Shown here piece by piece: positions 19,162-28,422 of a DNA stretch of 47,940 nt (positions within the stretch are counted from its first letter, which is position 1; each line of letters opens with the position of its first letter). Source of the stretch: Cyanophyceae cyanobacterium (lineage in GTDB: Bacteria; Cyanobacteriota; Cyanobacteriia; Cyanobacteriales; Laspinemataceae); assembly GCA_038321985.1 (NCBI GenBank), contig JBBQFN010000037.1:1-47940 (forward strand), read 5' to 3'. The notes under the pieces were generated by a model. It saw only the letters and a program-made list of their open reading frames with translations. It was not told the origin of the DNA and ran no database searches. The translations under genes and the position numbers were made by a program.

Positions 19162-19338
19162 GTGAAGCAAAATTCTAGTGACTATATTTGGAAGAATTTC
19201 CAAGGGGCTGATTAGCTTGGCAAGGCACGTCTCAACGCAATGGAGAAATTTTTATTAGACTATCAATCTGGAAAAGTTACAGGGCGATATTTATACCAAT
19301 CTTTGCCAAGTCAAGAATATGTTGATGACCAATTTGAG
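19162..19338 (+). pseudogene. Internal fragment of a probable SAM-dependent methyltransferase-like gene, with an in-frame stop
   Basis: Translates VKQNSSDYIWKNFQGAD*LGKARLNAMEKFLLDYQSGKVTGRYLYQSLPSQEYVDDQFE (TAG 19213-19215); family recognised from memory. Confidence 0.6.
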
Positions 19339-19379
19339 ATGCAAAAGTTACTAGCTGCCGCTGACCAGGAACGTTAAAC
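19336..19379 (+). repeat. attC right half (core GTTAAAC)
   Basis: GAGATGCAAAAGTT...GCCGCTGACC-AGGAAC-GTTAAAC. Confidence 0.7.
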
Positions 19380-19462
19380 TGCTTTGGTTAAGGGTTGTGG
19401 GCGTATTTGGAAACTTATCGGTCATTGCATAAAATGCAGCGTACTTTAAAGGCGATCGCAAT

Positions 19463-19978
19463 ATGGTGTTGGAAACTAAACGGTTAAGTTTGCGAGAAAT
19501 GACTCCCCATGACGCAGATGATTTACTTGAAGTCCTCTCTGACCCAGAAACGATGCAGTTCTATCCACAACTGTTTGACTACAAAATGACCCAGGCATGG
19601 ATTGAGCGGAATATCCAGAGGTATGCTCAATATGGGTTTGGGCTATGGGCGGTAATCTTTAAGGAGAATGGCAACCTCCTGATTGGCGATTGCGGTTTAG
19701 TAGTGCAGGAAGTTGATGGGATTGAAGAAATAGAAATTGGCTATCATATTCGTCGGGATTTATGGGGAAAAGGTTTAGCAACGGAAGCCGCTCAAGCCTG
19801 TCGTTATTTTGGGTTTGGTCAACTAGGTTTTGACAAACTCATCTCATTGATAAATCCTGCTAACATAGCCTCGCGTCGTGTTGCCGAAAAGAATGGAATG
19901 AAACTGATCAAAGAGATAGAGTGGCGAAATCAGCCGACCTGTGTTTATGCTATTGAACGCAGTAACAGCGCGGCATAA
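19463..19978 (+). CDS. GNAT acetyltransferase, RimJ/RimL type
   Basis: LETKRLSLR, YGFGLWAV, IGDCGL, EIGYHIRRDLWGKGLATEAA, NIASRRVAEKNG. Confidence 0.92.
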   Translation: MVLETKRLSLREMTPHDADDLLEVLSDPETMQFYPQLFDYKMTQAWIERNIQRYAQYGFGLWAVIFKENGNLLIGDCGLVVQEVDGIEEIEIGYHIRRDLWGKGLATEAAQACRYFGFGQLGFDKLISLINPANIASRRVAEKNGMKLIKEIEWRNQPTCVYAIERSNSAA

Positions 19979-20059
19979 TGTTCCGGCTGGAACATTATGT
20001 CGGGAACTCATGGCTGTGTTGCGAAAGTTGCTTACAGCCGCTCAACCTTAACGTTATGC
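19973..20059 (+). repeat. attC site (R'' GCATAAT contains the gene's stop codon)
   Basis: GCATAAT...GCTGGAAC...GCTCAAC-N6-GTTATGC, 87 bp. Confidence 0.78.
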
Positions 20060-20129
20060 GGCGCAGAGGGCTAGATCCATGTCTGTTTTTACCCTACAAT
20101 TGAAAGTTAAACCCTAAGAAAAACAATCA

Positions 20130-20780
20130 ATGAGTCTTACATTTTATTTTGCTCCCATGTCCACGGCTAGCATCACCGAAGCGGTTCTCGCAGAACTTGC
20201 TATCCCGTTCGATCTCGTAGAACTCAATATCAGTGTTGGAGAAACTAGAACGCCTGAATTTCTGGAGGTTAACCCAAACGGAAGAGTCCCTGCAATTGTG
20301 CATGAAGGAACAGCGATCTGGGAGTCTTCTGCGATCACAATGTATCTCGGTGAAGTCTTTGGCGTAGAGGCTAATCTTTATCCCGCCCCGGGGCCGAAGC
20401 GTGGGGAAGCTATGAAATGGATTGCATGGAGTAACGTGACTTTGGCAGAGGCGGCTAGCCGATTATTCGCATCTTTGCCGCCTGAAATGCAGGGAGATGC
20501 TGAGACTAACGTACAGGAAAAAGTCCCCCCTGAGATGAAAAGTGCGATCGCAATGGAGAAAGCAAAAGCGGATATTGCTGATTGTCTCAGAATTCTCAAT
20601 GGTGGGTTGGAAGAAGGATCATTTTTAATCGGTGACTATAGCCTCGCAGACACTCATCTGCAAGGTATCGTTGGCTGGATCGGTTCAATGGAGGTTGATC
20701 TGACTCCTTTCCCGAATGTCACAGGATGGCTGAAGCGCTGCTACGAGCGTCCGGCGATCGCTAAGTTGATGGTAGGCTGA
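20130..20780 (+). CDS. Glutathione S-transferase family protein
   Basis: FLEVNPNGRVPAI, WESSAITMYL, FLIGDYSLAD, RPAI. Confidence 0.92.
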   Translation: MSLTFYFAPMSTASITEAVLAELAIPFDLVELNISVGETRTPEFLEVNPNGRVPAIVHEGTAIWESSAITMYLGEVFGVEANLYPAPGPKRGEAMKWIAWSNVTLAEAASRLFASLPPEMQGDAETNVQEKVPPEMKSAIAMEKAKADIADCLRILNGGLEEGSFLIGDYSLADTHLQGIVGWIGSMEVDLTPFPNVTGWLKRCYERPAIAKLMVG

Positions 20781-20891
20781 GATCGAGAACCTATAACCGC
20801 CCAAACCTCTCACTATTTGTAAGGTTCAACTGCCCAAAGCAGACGCCTTGAACAAACTGCATGGAACCTCATAACAATCCCAGTTTTTCCC

Positions 20892-21179
20892 TTAATCAGG
20901 GTGAAACTTGGGGTAGAGCATTCCCTTAACCGGGATGCCCCCTTGGAGATGTCTCTCGACTACGGTTTTTACTTCACCGGGTCGCACCTGGCAATACCAG
21001 ATTTCTTCGGGGAGGACTAGCACCATTGGTCCATTCCCACATTCTCCGAAACAGCTACTAGGTTCTATCCTGACATCAGCAACGGGTAAGGTTTGAAACG
21101 CTGCTAAAACTTTTTTTGAGCCTTGTTTCTTGCAGGTGCGGTTTGTACAGATTAAAACTCGTTTGGCGGGTAAGTTCAA
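20892..21179 (-). CDS. Thioredoxin-like (2Fe-2S) ferredoxin
   Basis: CTNRTC...CFGECGNGP, PEEIWY. Confidence 0.88.
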   Translation of the reverse strand: MNLPAKRVLICTNRTCKKQGSKKVLAAFQTLPVADVRIEPSSCFGECGNGPMVLVLPEEIWYCQVRPGEVKTVVERHLQGGIPVKGMLYPKFHPD

Positions 21180-21184
21180 TTCTT

Positions 21185-22027
21185 TTACAGGTCAATTGCC
21201 TCAAACGAAAGAATCAAGTAGCGGGTGATGCCTAATTTACTGACTAACTCGGCACCGGCGGTAATTTTTTCGGTTTCGGTTTCTCCGCGATCGCGGATCA
21301 GTTTTCGGACTACTGGATAAGTGGGCAATGTATTACGGGTGATATCCTCTTCTATCCGCGTTACAAATCCACTGTTTTTGGCTAAGTTTAGATAGTCTAA
21401 GCGGGAAAAATGACTGTCAACTTTGCCATAAGTATTTTCAATGGAGGATTTCAGAAACAGATCCACGAAGGGGGTTAAGGGGAGGGTGAATTCTAAGGGA
21501 ACAAAATCACACAGGGCGAGGCGTCCGCCCGGTTTTAAGACACGTCGCGCTTCATGAAAAAAGCGCTCTCGACTCGGAAAATGGAAGATACATTCTACGG
21601 CAAGGACGATATCAAAAGAGTTATCTTCAAAGGGTAAATTGCAGGCATCGGCAGTGACGAAGGCGATCGCGTTTTGGTTGAGGGGTTGAACTTGCGATCG
21701 CGCCCGTTCGAGTTGGCGATCGTCGATGTTGACTCCCACGAGGTTTAAGTTAGAAAACCGTTCGTTGAGACTGGCGATCGTGCCCCCGAAACCACAACCA
21801 CAATCGAGGATTTTTAAGCCATCTGTGATGTTGGCGGCATTACAAACCCGTTGGGCTAATTGTTCGGCGGCTTGGGCAAAGTCGGAGACGGAACCATCGG
21901 CGCGACTGGGATTTTCCCAATACCCCCAGTGAACGTGGCGACCAAAGGCGGCGATCGCATCTTGATTTTGGTCGCTTAATAGTTCCAACAGGCGGTCAAA
22001 ATAGGGAAGATGAACCTTAGATGCCAT
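21185..22027 (-). CDS. Class I SAM-dependent methyltransferase
   Basis: HVHWGYW, ILDCGCGFGG, DACNLPF, LKPGG. Confidence 0.9.
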   Translation of the reverse strand: MASKVHLPYFDRLLELLSDQNQDAIAAFGRHVHWGYWENPSRADGSVSDFAQAAEQLAQRVCNAANITDGLKILDCGCGFGGTIASLNERFSNLNLVGVNIDDRQLERARSQVQPLNQNAIAFVTADACNLPFEDNSFDIVLAVECIFHFPSRERFFHEARRVLKPGGRLALCDFVPLEFTLPLTPFVDLFLKSSIENTYGKVDSHFSRLDYLNLAKNSGFVTRIEEDITRNTLPTYPVVRKLIRDRGETETEKITAGAELVSKLGITRYLILSFEAIDL

Positions 22028-22108
22028 AATATTTAAAAGTCTGGATGGGTAAAAATTATCTCTACGGTTGTCCCAATTTACGCAGTTTTAGGAGAAGGTT
22101 GGGGAGGG

Positions 22109-23083
22109 TTAGTCAGGGGATAGTCCTTTTGAGGCTAACCAACTGCGATCGTATAATCGGGATTGATAGCGTTGTCCGCTATCACAGAGTACGGTTACGA
22201 GGGTATGACCAGGACCCATTTCTTGGGCGAGGGCGACGGCTGCACCGACATTAATGCCGACGGAACCTCCCATAAATAAGCCATCTTTTTGGAGGAGTTG
22301 ATAAATCACCCGAATTGCTTCGGGGTCCTCAACTTGAATGGCATCATCAATGGGTGCGCCTTCCATATTTTTGGTAATCCGACCATTACCAATTCCTTCG
22401 GTCACTGAGTTTCCAATCATGTTAATTTCTCCGGTTTTTACATGACTATATAATCCACTACCCATGGGGTCAGCTACTACACATTTAATTTTAGGATTCT
22501 TTTCTTTTAAAAATATGGAAACTCCGGCATAAGTGCCGCCGGTTCCCGTTGCTGCAACCCAAGCGTCTATTTTGCCATTGGTTTGCTCCCAAATCTCGGG
22601 TCCGGTGGTTTCATAATGGATCATTCGGTTAGCTAAGTTATCAAATTGATTGGCCCAAATTGCATTGTCCATTTCTTGGGCAATTCTGCCAGAAAGTTTG
22701 ACGTAGTTATTCGGGTCACGGTAGGGAACGGCAGGGACTTTACGAACTTCTGCCCCTAGTGTGATCAGGGTATCTATTTTTTCCTGAGATTGGGTTTCTG
22801 GAATTACAATCAGACATTTGTAACCTTTGGCGTTACAAATATGGGCTAACCCAATGCCGGTATTCCCGGCGGTTCCTTCTACAACAGTACCCCCGGGTTT
22901 AAGTAAGCCTTTGCGTTCGGCATCTTCAATGATGGAAAGGGCTGCACGGTCTTTAACAGACCCTCCCGGATTAAGAAATTCGGCTTTTCCTAAAATTTCA
23001 CATCCGGTTTCTTCGCTAAAGCTATTGAGTCGAATTAAGGGGGTATTACCTATGGTTCCGATAAACCCGTTTTTAATATCCAT
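22109..23083 (-). CDS. cysK: Cysteine synthase
   Basis: IGNTPL, KAEFLNPGGSVKDR, TAGNTG, GTGGT. Confidence 0.92.
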   Translation of the reverse strand: MDIKNGFIGTIGNTPLIRLNSFSEETGCEILGKAEFLNPGGSVKDRAALSIIEDAERKGLLKPGGTVVEGTAGNTGIGLAHICNAKGYKCLIVIPETQSQEKIDTLITLGAEVRKVPAVPYRDPNNYVKLSGRIAQEMDNAIWANQFDNLANRMIHYETTGPEIWEQTNGKIDAWVAATGTGGTYAGVSIFLKEKNPKIKCVVADPMGSGLYSHVKTGEINMIGNSVTEGIGNGRITKNMEGAPIDDAIQVEDPEAIRVIYQLLQKDGLFMGGSVGINVGAAVALAQEMGPGHTLVTVLCDSGQRYQSRLYDRSWLASKGLSPD

Positions 23084-23246
23084 GGGGTCTTTCTCTATAG
23101 AGTTCGATTAAAAAAATGGGACGATTTTATAAATCAATCAATTGAATAGTGAAGGGCGATCGCAATTGTGAGTTAGCCTCTCTTCTGGGGAAATCCCAAA
23201 GATTAGAAGATGCGATCGCCCTAAACAATATTGCCGAACCTTTCCC

Positions 23247-23885
23247 CTATTTATTCGGTTGGGGAGTTAACCGCAGATAAGGTTTAACGGGGGTGTAGCC
23301 TTTGGGAAATTTTTGTTTTAAAACTTCTGGATCTTTGAGGGAGGGGACAATCACACAGTCTCCGCCATCTTGCCAGTTAACGGGGGTGGCAACGCTGTAG
23401 TTGTCGGTGAGTTGTAAGGAGTCGATCGCCCGCAGAATTTCTACGAAATTGCGTCCCGTGCTCGCTGGGTAAGTTAAAATCAACCGCAGTTTTTTCTGAG
23501 GGTCAATGACAAACACCGATCGCACGGTGAGGGTATTGTTAGCGTTGGGGTGGATCATGTCGTAAAGATCGGATACCTTGCGATCGCCATCGGCCAAAAT
23601 CGGATAGTTGACGGTAACGTTGCCCACTTCTTCAATATCTGAGATCCAGCCTTTGTGGGATTCCACATCATCCACACTCAGGGCGATCGTTTTGACATGG
23701 CGTTGGTCAAATTCAGCCTTGAGGCGGGCGACTTCACCGAGTTCCGTGGTACAAACGGGGGTGTAATCCGCAGGATGAGAAAAAAGCACTACCCAACTCT
23801 CTTCCGCCCACTCGTAAAAATTAATCTCTCCTTGGGAGGAGGCTTGGGTAAAGTTTGGTACGGTATCGCCTAAACGCAGAGACAT
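23247..23885 (-). CDS. 1-Cys peroxiredoxin
   Basis: FSHPADYTPVCTTE, YPASTGRNF, YLRLTPQP. Confidence 0.95.
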   Translation of the reverse strand: MSLRLGDTVPNFTQASSQGEINFYEWAEESWVVLFSHPADYTPVCTTELGEVARLKAEFDQRHVKTIALSVDDVESHKGWISDIEEVGNVTVNYPILADGDRKVSDLYDMIHPNANNTLTVRSVFVIDPQKKLRLILTYPASTGRNFVEILRAIDSLQLTDNYSVATPVNWQDGGDCVIVPSLKDPEVLKQKFPKGYTPVKPYLRLTPQPNK

Positions 23886-24053
23886 AGCAGGGTTCCTGTA
23901 ATTTCAAATACAAAAAAGAATCTATCTGGCAATTTTGCCACATAAGTCCGGTTTGTCTACCGGATTTTAGCTCTTTTTTAGATTCTATCAGGTAGCTTTA
24001 TCGAGGTGGCTGATCTATGGTATGAGTTAAAAACATATTTTGATGTTTAGGAA

Positions 24054-24344
24054 TTGGAGTATTGGCCTGTGTTTGAACTGCTGTACTCTCTCATTCGCAT
24101 TATTCAGCCATTTTTAGTGCCGATTTGTTTTGTTAGTGCTTGGGGTCTGTTAATTTTGCTGATCTGGAGCCTTTTTAGTGCCGCCTCAGATGTAGCGACA
24201 GTTGCCAAGCGAATGCACGAAATTCCTTGTGCTCATTGCGTATTTTTTACGAATGACCCTCGCCTTAAGTGTCCCGTACACCCCACTCGGGCGATGTCGG
24301 AAGAGGCGATCGATTGTCTGGATTATCGCAACTGTCGGACCTAA
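24054..24344 (+). CDS. Small membrane protein with a C-terminal Cys motif (hypothetical)
   Basis: TM helix followed by MHEIPCAHCVFFT...KCPVHP...DCLDY; start may be GTG 24069. Confidence 0.75.
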   Translation: MEYWPVFELLYSLIRIIQPFLVPICFVSAWGLLILLIWSLFSAASDVATVAKRMHEIPCAHCVFFTNDPRLKCPVHPTRAMSEEAIDCLDYRNCRT

Positions 24345-24362
24345 GAGATTGCCCCAAACTCC

Positions 24363-25337
24363 CTAGGGGTTGATTTCCAACAACACTTTTAAAACCCCTC
24401 GCTGTTGGGCGTACTCAAAGGCGGCGATCGCTTCGTCCAGGGGATATCTGGCTTGAATTAAAGGCTTGACATTTATCTTATTTTGTGCTAAAAGCTCTAA
24501 GGCTTTGGGAAACGGACCGCAACGAGACCCAATCAGGGTAATTTCATCCACCACCAGGGACGAGACATCTAGGGTGAGGTGACCGGCATAAGTGCTTTTG
24601 AGGACGAGGGTCCCTCGGGGACGTAAGGCGCGACGGGCGATGGTAAATCCTTCGGGGTTGCCGGTACATTCCACGGCGATATCAAATTGGCGGTCTGTAA
24701 CGGCATCGGCAAAGCCAGTTTTAATGCCTAGGGACTCCAAATTCGCCAGTTTGTCCCGATGTCGCCCGACTGCCAGCAAGTCACACCCGGTGAGGGCGAG
24801 GGTTTGGGCGACCAACTGGCCTAATTTGCCATCGCCAACGACTAAGATGCGATCGCCAGGAGTGATGGCAACTTGTTCTTGAATTTCTAAGGCAGCGGCG
24901 ACGGGTTCAGTAAATGTTGCCATATCTGTGGTGACATTATCCGGTATCACATACAGATTTTTTACCGGCAGGGTCAAATATTCGGCAAAAGCCCCATTGC
25001 GGTTAACGATTCCCAGGACCGTGCGATTTTCGCAGTGAGTGGGTTGTCCAGTCCGACAGAACCGACAGTCTCCGCAGTAGGCGTTAATTTCTCCGACTAC
25101 GCGCTGATTTTGCAGGGATTCTGGTCCTCGTTCCACCACACCTACGAATTCATGGCCTAAAATGCCACTGTAGGGATAGTAACCGCGTACCAGTTCGAGG
25201 TCGGTGTTGCAAATTCCCGCCCGCAAAACTCGGATGAGGGCTTCTCCTTCTGGAGGTTCGGGAATCGGAAGCTGAGATCGCAGTTGCAATTGCTGATTTT
25301 CCAGCCAGAGTCCTTTCATGGTTCTCGGTCCTGACAA
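24363..25337 (-). CDS. Zn-dependent alcohol dehydrogenase (MDR family)
   Basis: GICNTD, GHEFVG, CGDCRFC...HC, GDGKLG; likely start ATG ~25319. Confidence 0.9.
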   Translation of the reverse strand: MSGPRTMKGLWLENQQLQLRSQLPIPEPPEGEALIRVLRAGICNTDLELVRGYYPYSGILGHEFVGVVERGPESLQNQRVVGEINAYCGDCRFCRTGQPTHCENRTVLGIVNRNGAFAEYLTLPVKNLYVIPDNVTTDMATFTEPVAAALEIQEQVAITPGDRILVVGDGKLGQLVAQTLALTGCDLLAVGRHRDKLANLESLGIKTGFADAVTDRQFDIAVECTGNPEGFTIARRALRPRGTLVLKSTYAGHLTLDVSSLVVDEITLIGSRCGPFPKALELLAQNKINVKPLIQARYPLDEAIAAFEYAQQRGVLKVLLEINP

Positions 25338-25415
25338 CAGAAGGGAATTCTATTTTACCTGAAATTGCCTTTTCTAAAACCTTGAATTTTCAACTTTAAA
25401 GTATAAACTTCCATT

Positions 25416-25946
25416 ATGTCTGCATCTTTACCTCATGAATTTCCCAATCCCACCCAACCGGGGGCGATCGAAATCAAAGACTATCCCGAATATCGGGCTG
25501 TTACCTACAGCCATTCGGGGAACGTTCAGCAAGCTAGCCAAGTGGCATTTAATCCCTTATATAATCACATCAGCACCAATCAAATCGCTATGACAACGCC
25601 GGTTGAAGTGCGTTATTTGGATGGGCTAACGGTGGAAGCAGAAACCCCAAAAACAGCAGAAGTTTCTTTTTTATATCCAAACCGGGATATTTGGCCGCAA
25701 ACTCTGAGTGATGAGGTTAAAGTAACGGATTATCCGCCGATGAAAGTGGTGAGTGTTGGCATTCAAGGGGCTTATAGTTGGGCCAATTATGAGCAACATT
25801 TGAAACGGTTGCAAGAGTGGCTGAAGGAACATCCCGAGTATGTAATTATCGGTCCTCCTCGCCGGTTATTGTACAATTCACCGATGACTCCAGAAGGGAG
25901 TAAAGTTAGCGAGGTACAGATTCCCATTGCCTCGGTTGCAGGTTGA
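25416..25946 (+). CDS. SOUL family heme-binding protein
   Basis: EIKDYPEYR, AFNPLYNHI...IAMTTPV, YNSPMTP, EVQIP. Confidence 0.8.
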   Translation: MSASLPHEFPNPTQPGAIEIKDYPEYRAVTYSHSGNVQQASQVAFNPLYNHISTNQIAMTTPVEVRYLDGLTVEAETPKTAEVSFLYPNRDIWPQTLSDEVKVTDYPPMKVVSVGIQGAYSWANYEQHLKRLQEWLKEHPEYVIIGPPRRLLYNSPMTPEGSKVSEVQIPIASVAG

Positions 25947-25976
25947 GGGAGAGTTAATAAAATTGAATTCATTTTT

Positions 25977-28364
25977 TTAAGTTAGCCCTTGAAAAATCGG
26001 AATTTCTATAGCAAATTCGCATCCTAAACCGGGGGTAGAGTGACAGGAGATGTGGCCTTTATGTTTTTCAACAATAATTTGATAACAAACGGAAAGACCT
26101 AACCCCGTCCCTTTGCCGACGGGTTTCGTTGTAAAAAATGGATCGAAAAGCCTTGCTTTAATTTCTGAGGTCATGCCCGGACCATTGTCAACGATACGAA
26201 TGGTGACGCGATCGCCCGTAACTGCGGTCAGAATACGAATGGTTGGGGGGTGAGAATCCTTCGGTTCTGGAGGAATGACGGCTAAGGGTTTGGTGTACTT
26301 TTCCTCTAAGGCATCGATCGCATTATTGAGTAAATTCATAAACACTTGATTGAGTTGTCCGGCATAACATTCCACGGATGGAAGTAAGCCAAATTCTGGG
26401 ATAATTTCAATTTCAGGTCGATGAACGGTTGCTTTCAGCCTACCTTGTAAAATTAATAACGCACTTTCGATCCCTTCATGAATGTCTACTCGCTTCATTT
26501 CGGCTTCATCCAGGCGAGAAAAAGTCCGCAGCGATCGCACAATGCCTCGGATGCGATCGGTTCCGACTTTCATTGATCCCAAAATTTTATGTAAATCTTC
26601 TTGCAAAAAATCCAATTCTATGTCTTCGAGTTTATCTGCGATCGCCGGTTCTGTCTCTCCATAATACTGTCGATAGAGTTCCACCAAATCCAGTAAATTT
26701 TGCAGATAATCACGAACATATCCTAAATTCCCTGAAATAAAATTAACAGGATTATTAATTTCATGAGCAATACCCGCCACCATTTGACCCAAACTCGACA
26801 TTTTTTCTGATTGAATCAACTGAGTTTGGGTGCGTTGCAGTTGAGACAGAGTTGTTTCGAGTTGTTGATTTTTTTCCTGCAATTCTCCGGAAGTCCGATG
26901 TAATCGATCTACAGTATCTCGCATGGCAATTTCAACTTCAACGCGATCGCTGATATCCCTTGCCACCCCAATCAAGCCCATTGCATACCCTTGCGCCGAA
27001 CGATAAACCGTTTTCGAGGTTAAATAAGTGCGGGGTTGAGACGAGTTCAAATCTGCATTTAAGGGGACAATTTCCTCTTCTAAAAGCTGTGTCTCCCCTT
27101 CTAACAAAATCCGATGGTCATTTTTCATCCGCTGACGGGCAATTTCTGGGGATAATAATTCGGTATCGTTCTTACCTAAAATATCTTCAGCAGGCTTACC
27201 GATCGCCTTCGCCCCGGCCGAATTAATCGAGAGATATCGACCCTGAAGGTCCTTGACAAAAATGCTGTCGGTTGTGCCTTCAGAAATAGCTTGCAAGAGA
27301 TTGTAGCTTTCTTGTAACTTTTCCTGCGATCGCTTACGTTCGGTGATATCGCGGACAAATAGGGTGTAGAGTTGACCCTGGGGTAAACGGACATGAGCGA
27401 TCGCCAGTTCCATGGGAAAAGTTGTACCATTTTTACGCTGTCCGACCAATTCATAAGCTGAATTTTTCTGATCAGGCATTTGGCGGGTATTCAGAAAAAG
27501 GGTCAAATAAGCATCTATTTCCTGTTGCAATAACCAGGGCATCAGGAGTTTCAAATTTTGACCCAGCAATTCCGATTCAGTATAGCCGAACAGTTGCAAA
27601 GCAGCATTATTAAGCCAGTGGATTTTACCGCCTTCGGTGATGGCGACTGTCCCATCGGGTGCAGCTTCCAACATCGCTTGATATTGTTCTGATTTGCTTT
27701 TTTCTCGATCTAGGAGGGGGTTATTTCGGTAGCAAAACAGCATCCCAGCCGCGCAAATCACCACGGAAGCTATCCCCGTGGCGATCGCTGGCAGGAGGAG
27801 GTCAGATGAGCGAATTTCCGGGATATCCAACTGCGTCAAAATTGCCCCATTTAATCCTGCAATAGGTGCGTAGGCGACAATCACGGAAATGCCCCGTTCA
27901 TCCGTGAGGAACTGACTCCCAGTTTCCCCAGCGATCGCCCGTTGGATAACATCGGCAAGTTTTGAATCGGGGAGGACCGGAATCCAGGGGCGATCGCTGG
28001 AGGTTCCCTGTTGCCAAATTCCCGGGGAGTCCTCTGCTTGCCAAGCGGCGATCGCCACCCTCATTTCTGACTTCGCAGAGAATCGATAGGCTTGCCAAAC
28101 AGACTCCCAGGCGGTTTGAGGGGTACCCGTGGCGGTGGCAATCCCCTGGATCAGCTGGGCTTGAATCTGGACAGTTTGTTCTAGGTGCGATCGCCGTTGG
28201 GAGAGGATCATCCGATCCAGCAGATAAATCCCTATTCCCGCCACCGCCATTGCAGTCGCCGTGAATCCTACCGTCCAGTAGACGAGTTTCTGGCGGTTAT
28301 TGCGGCGATCGGTACGTTCGCCTTTTTCCTGATTCTGGGGAACAGCCATTACCGACTTCCTCAC
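25977..28364 (-). CDS. Membrane PAS-PAS sensor histidine kinase
   Basis: Two TM helices, two PAS domains (RDITERK, RDISDR), H-box AHEINNP, N/G boxes, KGTGLGL; likely start ATG 28346. Confidence 0.93.
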   Translation of the reverse strand: MRKSVMAVPQNQEKGERTDRRNNRQKLVYWTVGFTATAMAVAGIGIYLLDRMILSQRRSHLEQTVQIQAQLIQGIATATGTPQTAWESVWQAYRFSAKSEMRVAIAAWQAEDSPGIWQQGTSSDRPWIPVLPDSKLADVIQRAIAGETGSQFLTDERGISVIVAYAPIAGLNGAILTQLDIPEIRSSDLLLPAIATGIASVVICAAGMLFCYRNNPLLDREKSKSEQYQAMLEAAPDGTVAITEGGKIHWLNNAALQLFGYTESELLGQNLKLLMPWLLQQEIDAYLTLFLNTRQMPDQKNSAYELVGQRKNGTTFPMELAIAHVRLPQGQLYTLFVRDITERKRSQEKLQESYNLLQAISEGTTDSIFVKDLQGRYLSINSAGAKAIGKPAEDILGKNDTELLSPEIARQRMKNDHRILLEGETQLLEEEIVPLNADLNSSQPRTYLTSKTVYRSAQGYAMGLIGVARDISDRVEVEIAMRDTVDRLHRTSGELQEKNQQLETTLSQLQRTQTQLIQSEKMSSLGQMVAGIAHEINNPVNFISGNLGYVRDYLQNLLDLVELYRQYYGETEPAIADKLEDIELDFLQEDLHKILGSMKVGTDRIRGIVRSLRTFSRLDEAEMKRVDIHEGIESALLILQGRLKATVHRPEIEIIPEFGLLPSVECYAGQLNQVFMNLLNNAIDALEEKYTKPLAVIPPEPKDSHPPTIRILTAVTGDRVTIRIVDNGPGMTSEIKARLFDPFFTTKPVGKGTGLGLSVCYQIIVEKHKGHISCHSTPGLGCEFAIEIPIFQGLT

Positions 28365-28422
28365 CGAAACTTGCTGGAAATTTTCTAGTCTATTGCCTCA
28401 GTTTAAGCCACTTTAAGAGTAA

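Larger units (their letters stand above)
9721..20797 (+). mobile_element. Integron-type gene cassette array without integrase (CALIN-like): about 9 intact cassettes plus remnants
   Basis: Accessory genes separated by ~86-89 bp imperfect palindromes with R''/L''/L'/R' architecture (xxxxAAC ... GTTxxxx), all in the same orientation; no tyrosine recombinase in the window. Confidence 0.85.

Noticed and set aside
9721..20059. Possibility that the spaced repeats are a CRISPR array or plain terminators
   Set aside because: Spacers are whole genes, the repeats are long, variable and imperfect, and there are no U-tracts or cas genes; attC architecture fits better
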